Made by a program: the position numbers and the translations under genes. A stretch of 25,624 nt of DNA from Octopus sinensis. Lineage: Eukaryota. Shown here in pieces: positions 1 through 11,864 of the stretch. The stretch spans positions 1 through 25,624 of the forward strand of contig NW_021836051.1 in the NCBI RefSeq assembly GCF_006345805.1. Direction: 5' to 3'. The notes under the pieces are model-generated. The model saw nothing but the letters and a program-made list of their open reading frames with translations, had not been told where the DNA came from and searched no databases. Every line of letters starts with the position of its first letter. The stretch's first letter is position 1.

Positions 1-73
1 ATTTATACATACATATCTTACAAACATACATACACTCATATATACACAACACGAAGTGGATCATTTTGCCAAG

Positions 74-117
<44 letters not shown>

Positions 118-540
118 CACAAGGTAACAAAAAAAGCGGTTCCTTTGATACCAGCAAGAAACAATAATGGACTTCTTCACTACACTCAACAGTAATATAG
201 CGATTATACCAACTACCGAAAAACACCACCACATGGATTCTATTGAGAACAGTAAGAACGATTATGAACTTTTCTATTGCACTTTTTTATAATATTTTGA
301 TAAGGGTCGTTTTTTCAAGAACCGAAACATGTAAAATTCATAAGAAAATTAAAATTTATCTAATATAGTGGCGTTTTCAAACTTCTTTTTTACAAATATA
401 TATATATAATATAATATATTTATATATATATATATTATATATATATAATATATTCGAGGCCCAACCCTCCACTAAAAAGACTCAGAGACATGGTTTTGTT
501 TGATAAACAGTGAACCAAACAGTGTATTTCTTCATAGAAA

Positions 541-552
541 CACACACACACA

Positions 553-594
<42 letters not shown>

Positions 595-616
595 CACACA
601 CATACACACACACACA
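541..616 (+). repeat. (CA)n microsatellite
   Basis: Directly visible. Confidence 0.97.
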
Positions 617-737
617 TGCTGTAGCATTTTCTTTTCGCATCTGATTTGAAAGTTAATTAATAAAACGAATGTTGCTTTGTCGTGGGTGGGTCATCTTTTT
701 TACTCAAATCAGACCTGTGCACTAACACCACAACTTC

Positions 738-778
738 CTTTTCTTCTTCTTCTTCTTCTTCTTCTTCTTTTCTTCTTC

Positions 779-860
<82 letters not shown>

Positions 861-894
861 CATTAGTATTATTGTTGTTGTTGTTGTTATTATA

Positions 895-938
<44 letters not shown>
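738..938 (+). repeat. Compound microsatellite (TTC)n-(ATT)n with a short (GTT)n
   Basis: Directly visible. Confidence 0.97.
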
Positions 939-1043
939 GCTGGTGTTGTTGTTTTTATTAGTCACTGATAAACTAACAAACCGGTTAAATAATCGAATGC
1001 CTGATCTACTTTCCGGTCACATTCCAGATCAACATTGAGTTTC

Positions 1044-1250
1044 TCAAGGCAGTTTCATCAATGACATGTACTCGTTGTTCGGAAGTTCATACGCTCCGAG
1101 TTGACAGAGCGATTGCTTTGTCGAGCAGAAGAGCCAGATGTTTTTGATGTTATCAACAGTGCAAACGAAATCAAAGAAACCTGCAAACCAGTCGTTGTGT
1201 GATTGAACGATTAGGCCATTGATAGAGTAAATAGGAGTGAAAGAGAAATC
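1044..1250 (-). CDS. Possible coding exon, product unknown (…GFFDFVCTVDNIKNIWLFCSTKQSLCQLGAYELPNNEYMSLMKLP*)
   Basis: About 70 stop-free codons in non-repetitive, locally GC-richer DNA. The in-register plus frame is also open for 45 codons (…RKFIRSELTERLLCRAEEPDVFDVINSANEIKETCK…), so the strand is uncertain. No homolog recognised. Confidence 0.2.
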   Translation of the reverse strand, partial: DFSFTPIYSINGLIVQSHNDWFAGFFDFVCTVDNIKNIWLFCSTKQSLCQLGAYELPNNEYMSLMKLP

Positions 1251-1260
1251 TGTGTGTGTT

Positions 1261-1298
<38 letters not shown>

Positions 1299-1824
1299 GA
1301 GAGAGAGAGAGAGACATACATACATAAATACATATATATAGAAGCAAAATGACCCACTTTTTGTTTGTGTATATGTGAGTCTATGCTTGTAAGTATATGT
1401 ATGTGTGTGTGTATATATATATAGATAGATAGATAGATAGATACTTCTCTTGCACTATATATACATGCATGTTTCTCTTGCACTATATATATATATATAT
1501 ATATATACGTTTATAAGTTTGTATATGTGTGTGTATGAATGTGTGAGTACTCGCGCCCGTGTGTGTGCGTGTACGTGTTTGAAGAAGTATTTTCATAAAA
1601 GTAAAATAAAAGTTTGTAAGATAATTCTAACACTCGTGTTATATACAACACGTGTGTTTGAAAACCTAAACAGCGAAAGCACGCACACATATTGGAAAGA
1701 CCTACAACCAAAAGATTCGTGTCCATAAGTTTCTTAAACTCTATTCATTTAATTTATTTTTATTTTTTTTAAATCTTTCTTCAACAATTGCGACTGCATC
1801 AAGAATACTTTGGAAAAACTCTTT

Positions 1825-1858
1825 CACACACACACAGACACACAGACACACAGACACA

Positions 1859-1938
<80 letters not shown>
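1825..1938 (+). repeat. Compound (CA/CAGA)n-(TA)n microsatellite
   Basis: Directly visible. Confidence 0.95.
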
Positions 1939-1942
<4 letters not shown>

Positions 1943-2147
1943 ATCAAACATGAAAACAGAAGAAACAAGGGAAAACAACAACGCGAGGAAATGGAACAAA
2001 TATAGTATTATTGGACGCTCAGGAAAGAAGAAAGAAGGAGGGTTAAACGTTCGAGCGGAGCTCTTCGTCGGAAACATAGGAGAAGAAAGATCAGAGAAGG
2101 GAAGACAGAGGAAAAAAATCGCCAACGGTACACACAATGTCACATTT

Positions 2148-2185
<38 letters not shown>

Positions 2186-2457
2186 TATATATATATATAT
2201 ATATACAGATAGATATATTAAATAGATAGATAGATAGATGACATAGATATTTGTGCCTGCCTCTCTCTGTATGTGTGAGTGTGTGTGTATGCGTGTGCGT
2301 TCCAACCAAAATTCAAAAAATTACTTGTAGTGTGTTTCTAACCACTGAGAATAAAACAAATGACCGCTAAAGAAAAATAGAAACATTTTCTTGGCCCCAT
2401 AATATCTCAGATCTCTCTCATCTATGTTTGCCTTTTATTCAAATTTCGATGTGAAAC

Positions 2458-2621
2458 CTATTCCGAATTTCGAAGACAATCCTTGCCGTCGAATAAACAC
2501 TTTCTGTTGCTAAGGTGTTGCTCTTCCATACTACAAACGTGTTTCTTCTTGCCGGATACACCTGCGGATGTAAACGAACGCCCGTTCGAGCTTGGAGCTG
2601 AGAAGTGATTCATGTACAAAC
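2458..2621 (-). CDS. Possible coding exon, product unknown (GLYMNHFSAPSSNGRSFTSAGVSGKKKHVCSMEEQHLSNRKCLFDGKDCLRNSE*)
   Basis: GC-richer unique patch with an ATCATACAG acceptor-like site and an open frame; no homolog recognised. Confidence 0.15.
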
Positions 2622-3384
2622 CTGTATGATAGTTAAATTCTAAATTTGCATTGAACAATAAACTTGATAAAGTTGCTGCGATTCAGTTACCTGAACATGC
2701 TTATTCACTTAAGTGTCTACGTATGAAGCAGAGCATTAAATTGTTATTTTCTCAATGAAATATTAGACTGCACATCTGTACATATTATGAAGAAGATATC
2801 TTGGAGCTTAGTTAGATAATATCAACGATTGCGTCAGTTACGTGGCTATTAAAACCACCTAAACCATGTACCCAGAGGTCAAGTTCTCTGCAAGCGCTGG
2901 TATTTAATGATCATCAAACTAGTTGATGCACAGGATTGGTCAGAAATTGAGACAAACTGTTACATAATATGGATTATTATTTTTTTAATACTCTGACGTT
3001 AAGTTCTGCGAGTTAGTATCGATGTTTATGATAATGGTGATTTAGTGGAGTTACTGAATTGGAAATTTTGCAGTTCCATTACTAACAATAAACTTTCATA
3101 GTTATGAACACCATATGTTCAGCAGAGGTAAACTATAATTATAGACAAATCTATGTTGTCCACTGATATATATGTCCTCCATAATTTCATCACATCATCG
3201 CTTATATTTCATCAGAGTCTCAGCGATACGCTTTTGTTGAATAGTCGGCCATTAGATTATATCGTTTCTGTCCTGCTGTATACAAATACAACCAACGTTA
3301 CATAAGACTTTGGCGATGAGTATCTCTTCTCTCTCATCTTATTTCTATCTACCAACCTCTCTATCTAGAGATAACTTCGTGTAC

Positions 3385-3387
<3 letters not shown>

Positions 3388-3442
<55 letters not shown>

Positions 3443-3609
3443 TATATAATATATATATAAAAATAGACGAGTGTATTTTTACCTTGTTAACAATTAACAC
3501 GGAAAAAATAAATAGTTACCAGGGCGGCAAAAATCTCAGTGGAATTTTCGAAACATGTGTCGAAGTAAAAATATTTGATTACACCTGCGTTAACTCCATT
3601 TTTTTATTC

Positions 3610-3646
<37 letters not shown>

Positions 3647-3965
3647 ATATATGCGTGTATCTCGGTGTATATGTATGCATGAATGTATATATTTATATAT
3701 ACATATATGTCTGTGTATATATGTGTATATATAAGTTTGTGTAAATGTGTATTATAGATGTTAGTATAGAAGGATAGATCATTGTGTGTGTGTGGGTGTA
3801 TGAATGCAAATCTATTTTCATGTATGTATATATATATGTATGTATGCATGTATGTATGCATGTATGCATGTATGTATTTATATATGTATCATGAATGTAT
3901 GGATGTATGATTGTATGCAAGTATGTGTGTATGTATTTATGTATGTATGCATGTATGTATGTATT
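3388..3965 (+). repeat. (TA)n and decayed (TATG)n simple-repeat block
   Basis: Directly visible, interrupted by ~140 bp of unique sequence. Confidence 0.9.
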
Positions 3966-4247
3966 GACACTAAAACATGAAAACTGTCGACAAAACGTTT
4001 CATTAACGGCGGGTAACGATTGATCAATTCCTGTCATATCAAAGTAAAACAGGAAGTGAACATTCCGGAAGACAATATTTCATATATTTTGATTGTACAT
4101 TACATTCTCCAGTTCTGTCCCTTTTCGGGTGGCAAACGCTTGATCAATACCACAGTTCGGACGTGTTGTGTATTTGCCATACACTAGACTGATAAACTCA
4201 AACATCTAAGCCCACAGGTCGCGCGTGCGCACACAGACACAGACACA

Positions 4248-4293
<46 letters not shown>

Positions 4294-4994
4294 ACAATGC
4301 ACCAGCATATAAATATGTATATAACATCATCATCATCATTATTATTATTAATCATGAGAGAGAAAATATATATGTTTGTGTATATATGTACACACACATA
4401 TATATATACTATATATATACTTATGCATGCACATGTCTACAAGTGTTATTTTATATATTATATTATGCTCTATATTTTTGTCTGTGAATGTGTGTACATA
4501 TGTATAAATATACCTATTTGCATATAAAGAAGAATAATAATTCGTGCACAAGTACCTATGCTGGTATGTACAATCACGATGGCACTCACAGTTACATCCG
4601 CTACCTTTAATAATACGAGCCCATGTTTGCGTGTGTAGATATGTGTATGTTTGATGTCTGTGTGTGTCTGTGTGTGTGTGTGTGTATAAATAGTTGTGTA
4701 TGTGGGGGTGCAATTTTCTATGCATGTGTATACGTATGTTTGGTGAATACACCACCCACACATACACTCATATACATATATATACATGTATCCACCACAC
4801 ACATATTCACACAGATATATGTACATATGTGCGTATGTTTGTGTGTGTGTGTGTATGTATATATACATATGCATATATATATACATATATATATGTATAT
4901 AGAAATATGTACTTGTCTACTTATCATTATTCACATTTTGCTTATTAATGTTATTATCAGTATTACCTTTATCAAAATTAGCATTACAATCATT

Positions 4995-5050
4995 GTGCCT
5001 ATCATTATTATTATTACTATTATTATTGTTATTATTATTATTATTATTAT

Positions 5051-5082
<32 letters not shown>

Positions 5083-5215
5083 TTTTTATTTTTATTATCA
5101 TCATCATCATCATCATCATCATTATCATTATCTTAATCATCATCATCACCTTCACCATTATCGACGTCGTTGTCATCACCATCATCATCATCATCATCAT
5201 CATCATAATTATTAT
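4995..5215 (+). repeat. Trinucleotide block (ATT)n-(AGT)n-(ATC)n
   Basis: Directly visible. Confidence 0.95.
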
Positions 5216-6345
5216 TTTTCTTTCGCTTTCTCTGAATGAACAATAGCTATTTAAATCTCTTATAGCGAAGCTATTTAAAGTATGTTGAAATTACATAGGA
5301 AGAAAAAAAATTTCAAAACATATGGAAATTATTATACTAAAAAAAATCAATGAGGCGGTGATTTTCTTTCATTCTTAGACAAAACAAAACAAAAAAATGC
5401 AAAAAAGGTGTTAAAGAAATAATAAAAAAGTATATAATAAAGATAAAAATAATATTAATGCAACATAGATAGAAGCTGTCTGCAGGCGATGATAATTATT
5501 TCGCTGTTTCATAAACCACGTACTACCTATATTAGTTTGCAATAAAGAAAGCTCTTAACGAAGTCTCTAACACAAAAGAGTACTTCCGGTTGATTGTGGA
5601 GTGCAGGAGTGTGTGTGGAACATTCTATTTAATTTTTTAACAAATATCAAGGATATATCCAGTTGTTTTAATCAAATTGTACAATAGAAAATTTGTTGCT
5701 TTTTCACATTTTCACAGGCAACATTCCTCGCTATCTCTCGCTCTCTGGGTTCCATCGCTCTCGTTATTTTTACTTTCCGTCTCTCCATTCTTCATTCCGA
5801 GTATATAACGCTATCGTTTTACCATCTTCCTCTCATATCAATCAAATATTTTAATCTATTTTCCTTCCTGTATGCACATTGGGGTTCTTTTCATCTGAAT
5901 GAGGGAAATGAAGTGATAAAAAAATATCTTGGCACCTTATATCTCATACTTCTTTCATTTCCTGTAAACGGATTCTTCTTTATTCTTTAACATTCGTCTC
6001 GCTTAAGCTAACTACTTATCACGATATGTTTTTTCTTTATACATTATTTTTTCCTAGTTTCACTTTCACTTTTCAACTGATGTAACAACATACCGTTGAT
6101 ATATCAGTTTTATGTCTCTCTCATTTCCGTACTTATTTGTTTCTACATCCTGAACGTTCACTAGGTGGCAACACAATCTTCATAGATTTCATCCCCTTTT
6201 ATTTTACTTCCCGTCACTCAATTCTCTCCCTTTATGTCTCATTTCCGACGACCTGTCTAAAACTTCGCCTTTTCCTTCATAACATTCAAATAAACAATCG
6301 AACCCATTCCGTTCCTTTTTCTTATTTTACATATTGTTCTTGTAT

Positions 6346-6460
6346 CTTCTTCTTCTTCTTCTTCTCTTCTTCTTCTTCTCTTCTTCTTCTTCTTCTTCTG
6401 CTTTATTATTACTACTATTATTATTACTATTATTATTACTATTATTATTACTATTACTAC

Positions 6461-6506
<46 letters not shown>

Positions 6507-6540
6507 GTTATCGTTACTGCCATCGTTGTTATTATTATTG
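6346..6540 (+). repeat. Compound (TTC)n-(TAT/TAC)n microsatellite
   Basis: Directly visible. Confidence 0.95.
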
Positions 6541-7685
6541 TTAAGTTTTCTTTCTTTTCTTTTACATCCGGTTGTCTATTTTGTGCATAGGGATGTGAGA
6601 TGCTAAGGTATTCCGGATATCTTTTTAGAACCATATAGATTATTTTCTATGGAAGAAAAAGACTCAAACACACAGGAATGTAAGAATGAGTGTGATGAGG
6701 CAACAACAACAACAACTACAAAAAGAACACATACACACACACAACAAAAACACCAAAATAAAAACACAACAAAAGCTAGTAAACAAAATTGCTTTTAAAT
6801 ATAAAAGATTAAACTGTATAGAAATCTATGTGCATATTTCTTGATAAATTATTTTCAGTATTTAATTAGATGTGTACGTAATTACACTTTATTGAATGTT
6901 AAAAAATATAAAACTGAACTGCAACTAGAAGCTTCGAGATTAATTCAATTAAATTTGCTTCTTTCGCGTAGGTGTCTTCAATTTTGTGGAATTACGTGAA
7001 GAGATTATAAGAAGAATTAGAATAAATGTGTTTGTAAATCTCCTACTCACGTATGCATTTTTAGCACCAATTAAGTAGCTGGAATCACAGCATCTATCAT
7101 ATTATTCTATCGTGTCTTCCCTCTCTCTCTCTCACTCTCTCTGTCTCATCTTTATATTATTTTCTTTCTTGCTGGTCTTTCTCTCGTTCTCTTTTCCTCT
7201 CTCTGTGTTTTCCTCTTCCCTTCACTCTTTTCTGTGGAATGAGTTCTCTGAAGAATAATCACGAGCAATACCAATCAAAAATGCACCTAACTGAATAAGC
7301 TTGATCTTATGAACTTTATAAACACGTGACCTATTTATTATTTTTATATCTTTTTATTTATTTATTTATTTTTTTTTGGAATTTATTTTTTTTTTATTCC
7401 TTAATGACTTATTTATGCCACTTAAGAATTCAGAATTATTTGTAGAAAAAAAGTTTAGATGATATGTTTTTGCTAAAATTCCAGAGATTCTCCAAATCCT
7501 ACTGAGTTAGGGCCTTTCCTTCAATTATGTTCCCTCGTATTGTGTTGGGCTTCCTCCTTTTTTTTTGCTAAATGTGTGTTTCTATTCATAATTTGTTTTA
7601 CAAAAACAAAATGGAAGTTATGTCAATGTCTATCCATTTATCTTTCCATGGATTTATGTTACTGTTTCAATCGCTATCTAAATAC

Positions 7686-8103
7686 TCTTTTACTCTTTTA
7701 CTCTTTTACTTGTTTCAGTTATTTGACTGCGGCCATGCTGGAGCACCGCCTTTAGTCGAGCAAATCGACCCCGGGACTTATTCTTTGTAAGCCCAGTACT
7801 TATTCTATCGGTCAGTTTTGCCGAACCGCTAAGTGACGGGGACGTAAACACGCCAGCATCGGTTGTCAAGCAATGCTAGGGGGGACAAACACAGACACAC
7901 AAACATATACACACATATACATATATATATATATATATACATATATACGACAGGCTTCTTTCAGTTTCCGTCTCCCAAATCCACTCACAAGGCTTTGGTC
8001 GGCCCGAGGCTATAGTAGAAGACACTTGCCCATGGTGCCACGCAGTGGGACTGAACCCGGACCATGTGGTTGGTAGACAGGCTACTTACCACACAGCCAC
8101 TCC
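7686..8103 (-). mobile_element. tRNA-derived SINE family A (CORE-like), near full length, internal (TA/TG)n spacer, (GAGTAAAA)n-type tail
   Basis: Reverse complement closely matches 12522-12925: head GGAGTGGCTGTGTGGTAAGTAG, B-box-like GGTTCAGTCCC, CORE-like TGGGCAAGTGTCTT, AAAAGAGT tail repeats. Flanked by a 52-bp direct repeat (7634-7685 / 8103-8154). Confidence 0.9.
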
Positions 8104-8329
8104 CATTTATCTATCCATGTATTTATGTTACTGTTTCAATCTCTCTCTAAATACGTTAATATATACAAAAATGATCCATAAGATATGCGAACGAAAGGGC
8201 TGATAAATGAATGCAGAACAAGGTACTGTGGAGAAGATAGAATGGTATACTTTAGCGAAATACTATATGGATATAATGAATTTGTTGTGATGATATATTA
8301 AACAATAGGATGGGGATATTATTATTGAG

Positions 8330-8560
8330 GGTGGAGATGTGATTATTAATGATATTAATGATGGTGATATGATTATTATGGTATATATATTATTATTATT
8401 ATTATTATGGTATGTAGGTGATATGATTATTATGATGGTGATATATATTAATGATATTAATGATGGAGATATGATTGTTAATGATAGTAATGATATTAAT
8501 AATAATATTGATGGTGGAGATATGATTATTAATGATAATTATTATCATTATTATTATCAA
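8330..8560 (+). repeat. Low-complexity minisatellite of approximate unit GGTGGAGATATGATTATTAATGATATTAATGAT
   Basis: Several decayed GATATGATTATT(A)ATGAT units. Confidence 0.7.
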
Positions 8561-8565
8561 TAATA

Positions 8566-8779
8566 AGGCTGCAAGGTGGCTAAATTGTTAGTATGCCGGA
8601 CAAAATGATTAGTAACATTTCGACCGGCATTGCGTTCTCAGTTGAAATGTTGCTAACGTCGATTTTGCCATTCATCATTTTGGGATCTATAAAATAGGTC
8701 GCAGTTGACCACTGGGGTCGATGTTATTCATTTACACACTTCTCGAAATTGCTGGCCTTGAGCTAAAATCTGAAACCAG
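8566..8779 (+). mobile_element. SINE family B, old degenerate copy (different 3' tail subfamily)
   Basis: Decayed head, GTCGATTTTGCCATTCATCATTTTGGG, CACTGGGGTCGATG, tail AAATTGCTGGCCTTG...TGAAACC. Confidence 0.7.
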
Positions 8780-8804
8780 ATTTATTATTATTATTATGGC
8801 AAAT

Positions 8805-8945
8805 TACATTCTGAGCCGATGTCGACTTTGCCTGTCATCATTCCATTGACGATGAAATAAATAACAATCAAGCATTCGGTTCAATGTAATCGACTCGCCC
8901 TCTCCCTAAATTTGCTGACCTTGTGGTAAAAAGTTTAAAACAATT
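8805..8945 (+). mobile_element. SINE family B, degenerate 5'-truncated fragment
   Basis: GTCGACTTTGCCTGTCATC, ATGTAATCGACT and AAATTTGCTGACCTTGTG, colinear with 8566-8779. Confidence 0.6.
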
Positions 8946-8958
8946 ATTCTTTTTTTAT

Positions 8959-8996
<38 letters not shown>

Positions 8997-9140
8997 GACC
9001 GATAGAGCAACAAGATTTTCATTTTTTATTCTGTCATTGATTATTTTTTCTTATTTCTCTCTGTCGAAGAGCGTAGGCACGAAATGTAAAAGACTTTTTC
9101 ACTTTCCCGAGCATCAAACTAATACACTTCCTTGTTGTTC
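8997..9140 (+). mobile_element. Repeat family E copy 1 (putative Penelope-like terminal-repeat relic) containing a hammerhead-like motif at 9056-9093
   Basis: About 60 bp is homologous to 24771-24852 (minus): TGTCGAAGAGCGTA..GAAA.GT.AAAGAC.TTT..A.TTT..CGAGC.T.AAACTAA. The Penelope assignment and the 5' boundary are inference. Confidence 0.55.
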
Positions 9141-9146
9141 AAGGAA

Positions 9147-9192
9147 CCGTTTCGCCTGGCGTGTCAACGACTCTCCCAGCTTGTCTCCTTGG
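9147..9192 (-). mobile_element. SINE family B head fragment
   Basis: Reverse complement ACAAGCTGGGAGAGTCGTTGACACGCCAGGCGAAAC resembles the head GCGAGCTGGCAGAAACGTTAGCACGCCGGGCGAAAT. Confidence 0.5.
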
Positions 9193-9363
9193 GTGTGTAA
9201 ATATTGAATAGAGAACATACACCACGTTAAAATTGTCTAAATATAAAAGGTCAGGACAACGAAAGCACACACCTGGAGTTGAAACGTGTGCATCTATGTG
9301 GCGTTGTATTTGTATCGATAGTAAAACGGCATTCGTTGCAGGTCCCTGTGTTGACCAAGTAGA

Positions 9364-9945
9364 AGCGGTCTGGCAGAAACGTTAGCACGCCGGGCGAAAT
9401 GCGTAGCCGTATTTCGTCTGCTGTTTACGTTCTGAGTTCAAATTCCGCCGAGGTCGACTTTGCCTTTCATCCTTTCGGGGTCGATAAATTAAGCACCAGT
9501 TACGGACTGGGGTCGATATAATCGACTTAATCCGTTTGACCTCTCTGTGTTTAGCCCCTTGTGGGTAGTAAATAAATAGGTATATCGTCTGCCGTTACGT
9601 TCTGAGTTCAAATTCCGCCGAGGTCGACTTTGCCTTTCATCCTTTCGGGGTCGATAAATTAAGTACCAGTTACGCACTGGGGTCGAAATAATCGACTTAA
9701 TACCTATGTCTGTCCTTGTTTGTCCCCTCTGTGTTTAGCCCCTTGTGGGTAATAAAGAAAAAGAGATAGGTATTTCGTCTGTCGTTATGTTCTGAGTTCA
9801 AATTCCGCCGAGGTCGACTTTGCCTTTCATCCTTTCGGGGTCGATAAATAAAGTACCAGTTTTGCAACTGGGGTAATTGTGATTCCTTTGTCCTTGTTTG
9901 TCCCCTCTATGTTTAGCCCCTTGTGGGTAATAAAGAAATAGGTAT
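9364..9945 (+). mobile_element. SINE family B head-to-tail trimer: one tRNA-like head plus three body/tail units (9409-9579, 9580-9769, 9770-9941)
   Basis: Three repeats of GTTCTGAGTTCAAATTCCGCCGAGGTCGACTTTGCCTTTCATCCTTTCGGGGTCGATAAA, each ending TTAGCCCCTTGTGGGTA...ATAG. Only the first has the TGGCAGAAACGTTAG A-box head. Confidence 0.92.
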
Positions 9946-11094
9946 ATAATTGATGTGAACTAGATAAAGATTTTTTTTTGTTTGTAATCTCCATAAATCG
10001 ACCAGATATATGGCAATTGTAATTTGTGAGACTTAATAGATCTCACCAATGAATGTCAACTATCTTACAATTGTCAGGTAATTAGGCTTCATATCTTCGA
10101 TCGATGTCAGTGCAGAGAGATATTGACGAAATAGATACAGCCAAATAAATGTGTTTGATAGTCGCTGGTTTTAGGCTGAAAATGTAATGCACAGCGTGCA
10201 AATATTTACCAAAGTGTAATGCTGTGAAAAATCAATATTTATTTTAGATTGCCAGATTCTCAGATTCCGATAGTTATTTGGTTATGTTACTACCTTGATG
10301 GGTTTAGGCGGTCTGCAAGTCTGCTCCTATCGAATATAGTACTACAACCAGCTTTGTTGTTTTTTTGTTTGTTTTGATTTTGCTAAACTGTTTCATGCGA
10401 AGTATCATCAAACGTAAAGTTCCGTTACGTCTCGTGGTCGATGTGTCGCACATTTCCGTTCTCAGGTATCATCATTTATTCTATTAACAGAAAAGGATAT
10501 TTAGATTAGCTTGTGAAGTGAAATACATGCGCAGCTGGTCCAAATGATAAGATTTTCGAGTTCCGGTTAAAAGGATCAATGTTTTATCAACTCACATCTA
10601 CAGAGAAATAGAGTTGAGTATTTCACTAAAATACTTTCAACTATTATATTAAACGGCTAGGTTTATCTTGGAGTCAATCAATACTATAGGCAGGCCACAA
10701 TTTAGCAGTTTATTTCACACGAGATCTCGAGAGAACGACATTGATATCGCGTGTTGTGTCGGAGAGAATGTATTGTGTAGATTTATTTTTTTGATGGATT
10801 TCTGATCTAAATCCTGTTGTCGATGTTTTTGTTGCTGTTCTCGTGTAGTTAATTCTTGTACATCGAAGACTACCTTATTTAATGTGTTTTTGGTTCTTCT
10901 CTTCATTAAAGCAACTAACACCATGAGATTTGACAGCTGTTTTTGACAAGTTTTGTGACCAGACAGGGACGCCAGTGCTGTGGTGCAACTCTACCTAACA
11001 GTTGAGTCGCCTAAATAAAGTCGCTTCAGTTGTATTTTAAAAGAGTAGCGTTTAACGTCTCTGATTCTGAGAAATAGAGTTGCTATTTTAACAT

Positions 11095-11505
11095 GAGCTA
11101 AAACAATAATCTTCCATTAAAATTTCATGTTAATTTATGTGCTAAACACCCGCCTAATAATGATGAAATTTTATTTATTAAATTCTTAGTTACTTTCCAA
11201 ATGAACTCAAAGAAACGTATTATTTCAACGGAAATACCGTAGCAAAAAGGTTAAGTCTTATTAAGATTTCATTTGCATTTATATTTTCTATGATGCATCT
11301 TAGGATCAGCGCATAAAGAAAATTAACCATCATGTGAAAAGCCTGTGCGGAAACATCTCTGGTTATATGATATAAAATAACTGTTTTAAATTGTTCTAAT
11401 TAAAAGTCTCCCACAAAAAATGTCATGCTCTGTTCCAAATTCCAGCTTGATCAAGGCAAAGTTATTGTAATAAATTCTTCGTTATTTTCAAGATTAACAG
11501 AAAAC
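11095..11505 (-). repeat. Two fragments of an AT-rich interspersed repeat (11095-11254 and 11420-11505), possibly a TTAA-type MITE end
   Basis: AAATTCTTAGTTACTTTCCAA and AAATTCTTCGTTATTTTCAAG are internally similar; one end reads AAAAAGGTTAA. The opposite TIR was not found. Confidence 0.35.
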
Positions 11506-11534
11506 AAAAAAAAAAAAATCATGGCTAATTTCAG

Positions 11535-11726
11535 AGCAGCTTAGAACTAGAGAATGTTCGAGAAAATCTAGATACTAGGTTAGGTATGATCTCTATAGGA
11601 ATACTGGCGCTATTACGTCGACTTGTCTGCGACACAAAAGGGACGAGATACTGGTTTTGCCATTCCAACGATTGCATTTCAGATCGATATAAAAAGAAAA
11701 CTGGCGGGGATTCAATCAATTATAAG
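11535..11726 (+). CDS. Possible internal exon, product unknown
   Basis: AATTTCAG| acceptor and AAG|GTATTG donor bound 192 nt open in phase 0 ([16 protein letters not shown]…TGGDSINYK). An alternative acceptor at 11599 gives [42 protein letters not shown]. Confidence 0.2.
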
Positions 11727-11795
11727 GTATTGATGCCAAAATGTCCGCCCAATGGGACATGAAAGGGAATCTTATTATTAGTAAGTTTCCTAGCA

Positions 11796-11796
<1 letters not shown>

Positions 11797-11864
<68 letters not shown>

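Noticed and set aside
2470-2500. CLFDGKDC resembling a Lin-12/Notch repeat ending
   Set aside because: The upstream cysteines and spacing of an LNR are missing, and there is no neighbouring repeat.
5581-5592. ACTTCCGG ETS-like site suggesting a promoter
   Set aside because: Single short motif with no CpG-rich context or other support.
9489-9677. Recurring peptide MRNWYLIYRPRKDERQSRPRRNLNSER (also 23543-23746) and its sense counterparts (19444-19641, 23430-23726)
   Set aside because: Readings of SINE family B.
9409-9941. Regularly spaced repeats resembling a CRISPR array
   Set aside because: Units are 170-190 bp SINE bodies with no unique spacers, in a eukaryotic context with no cas genes.
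10715-10924. 69-aa minus-strand ORF
   Set aside because: No recognisable homology; low-complexity Q/K stretch; next to repeat fragments.
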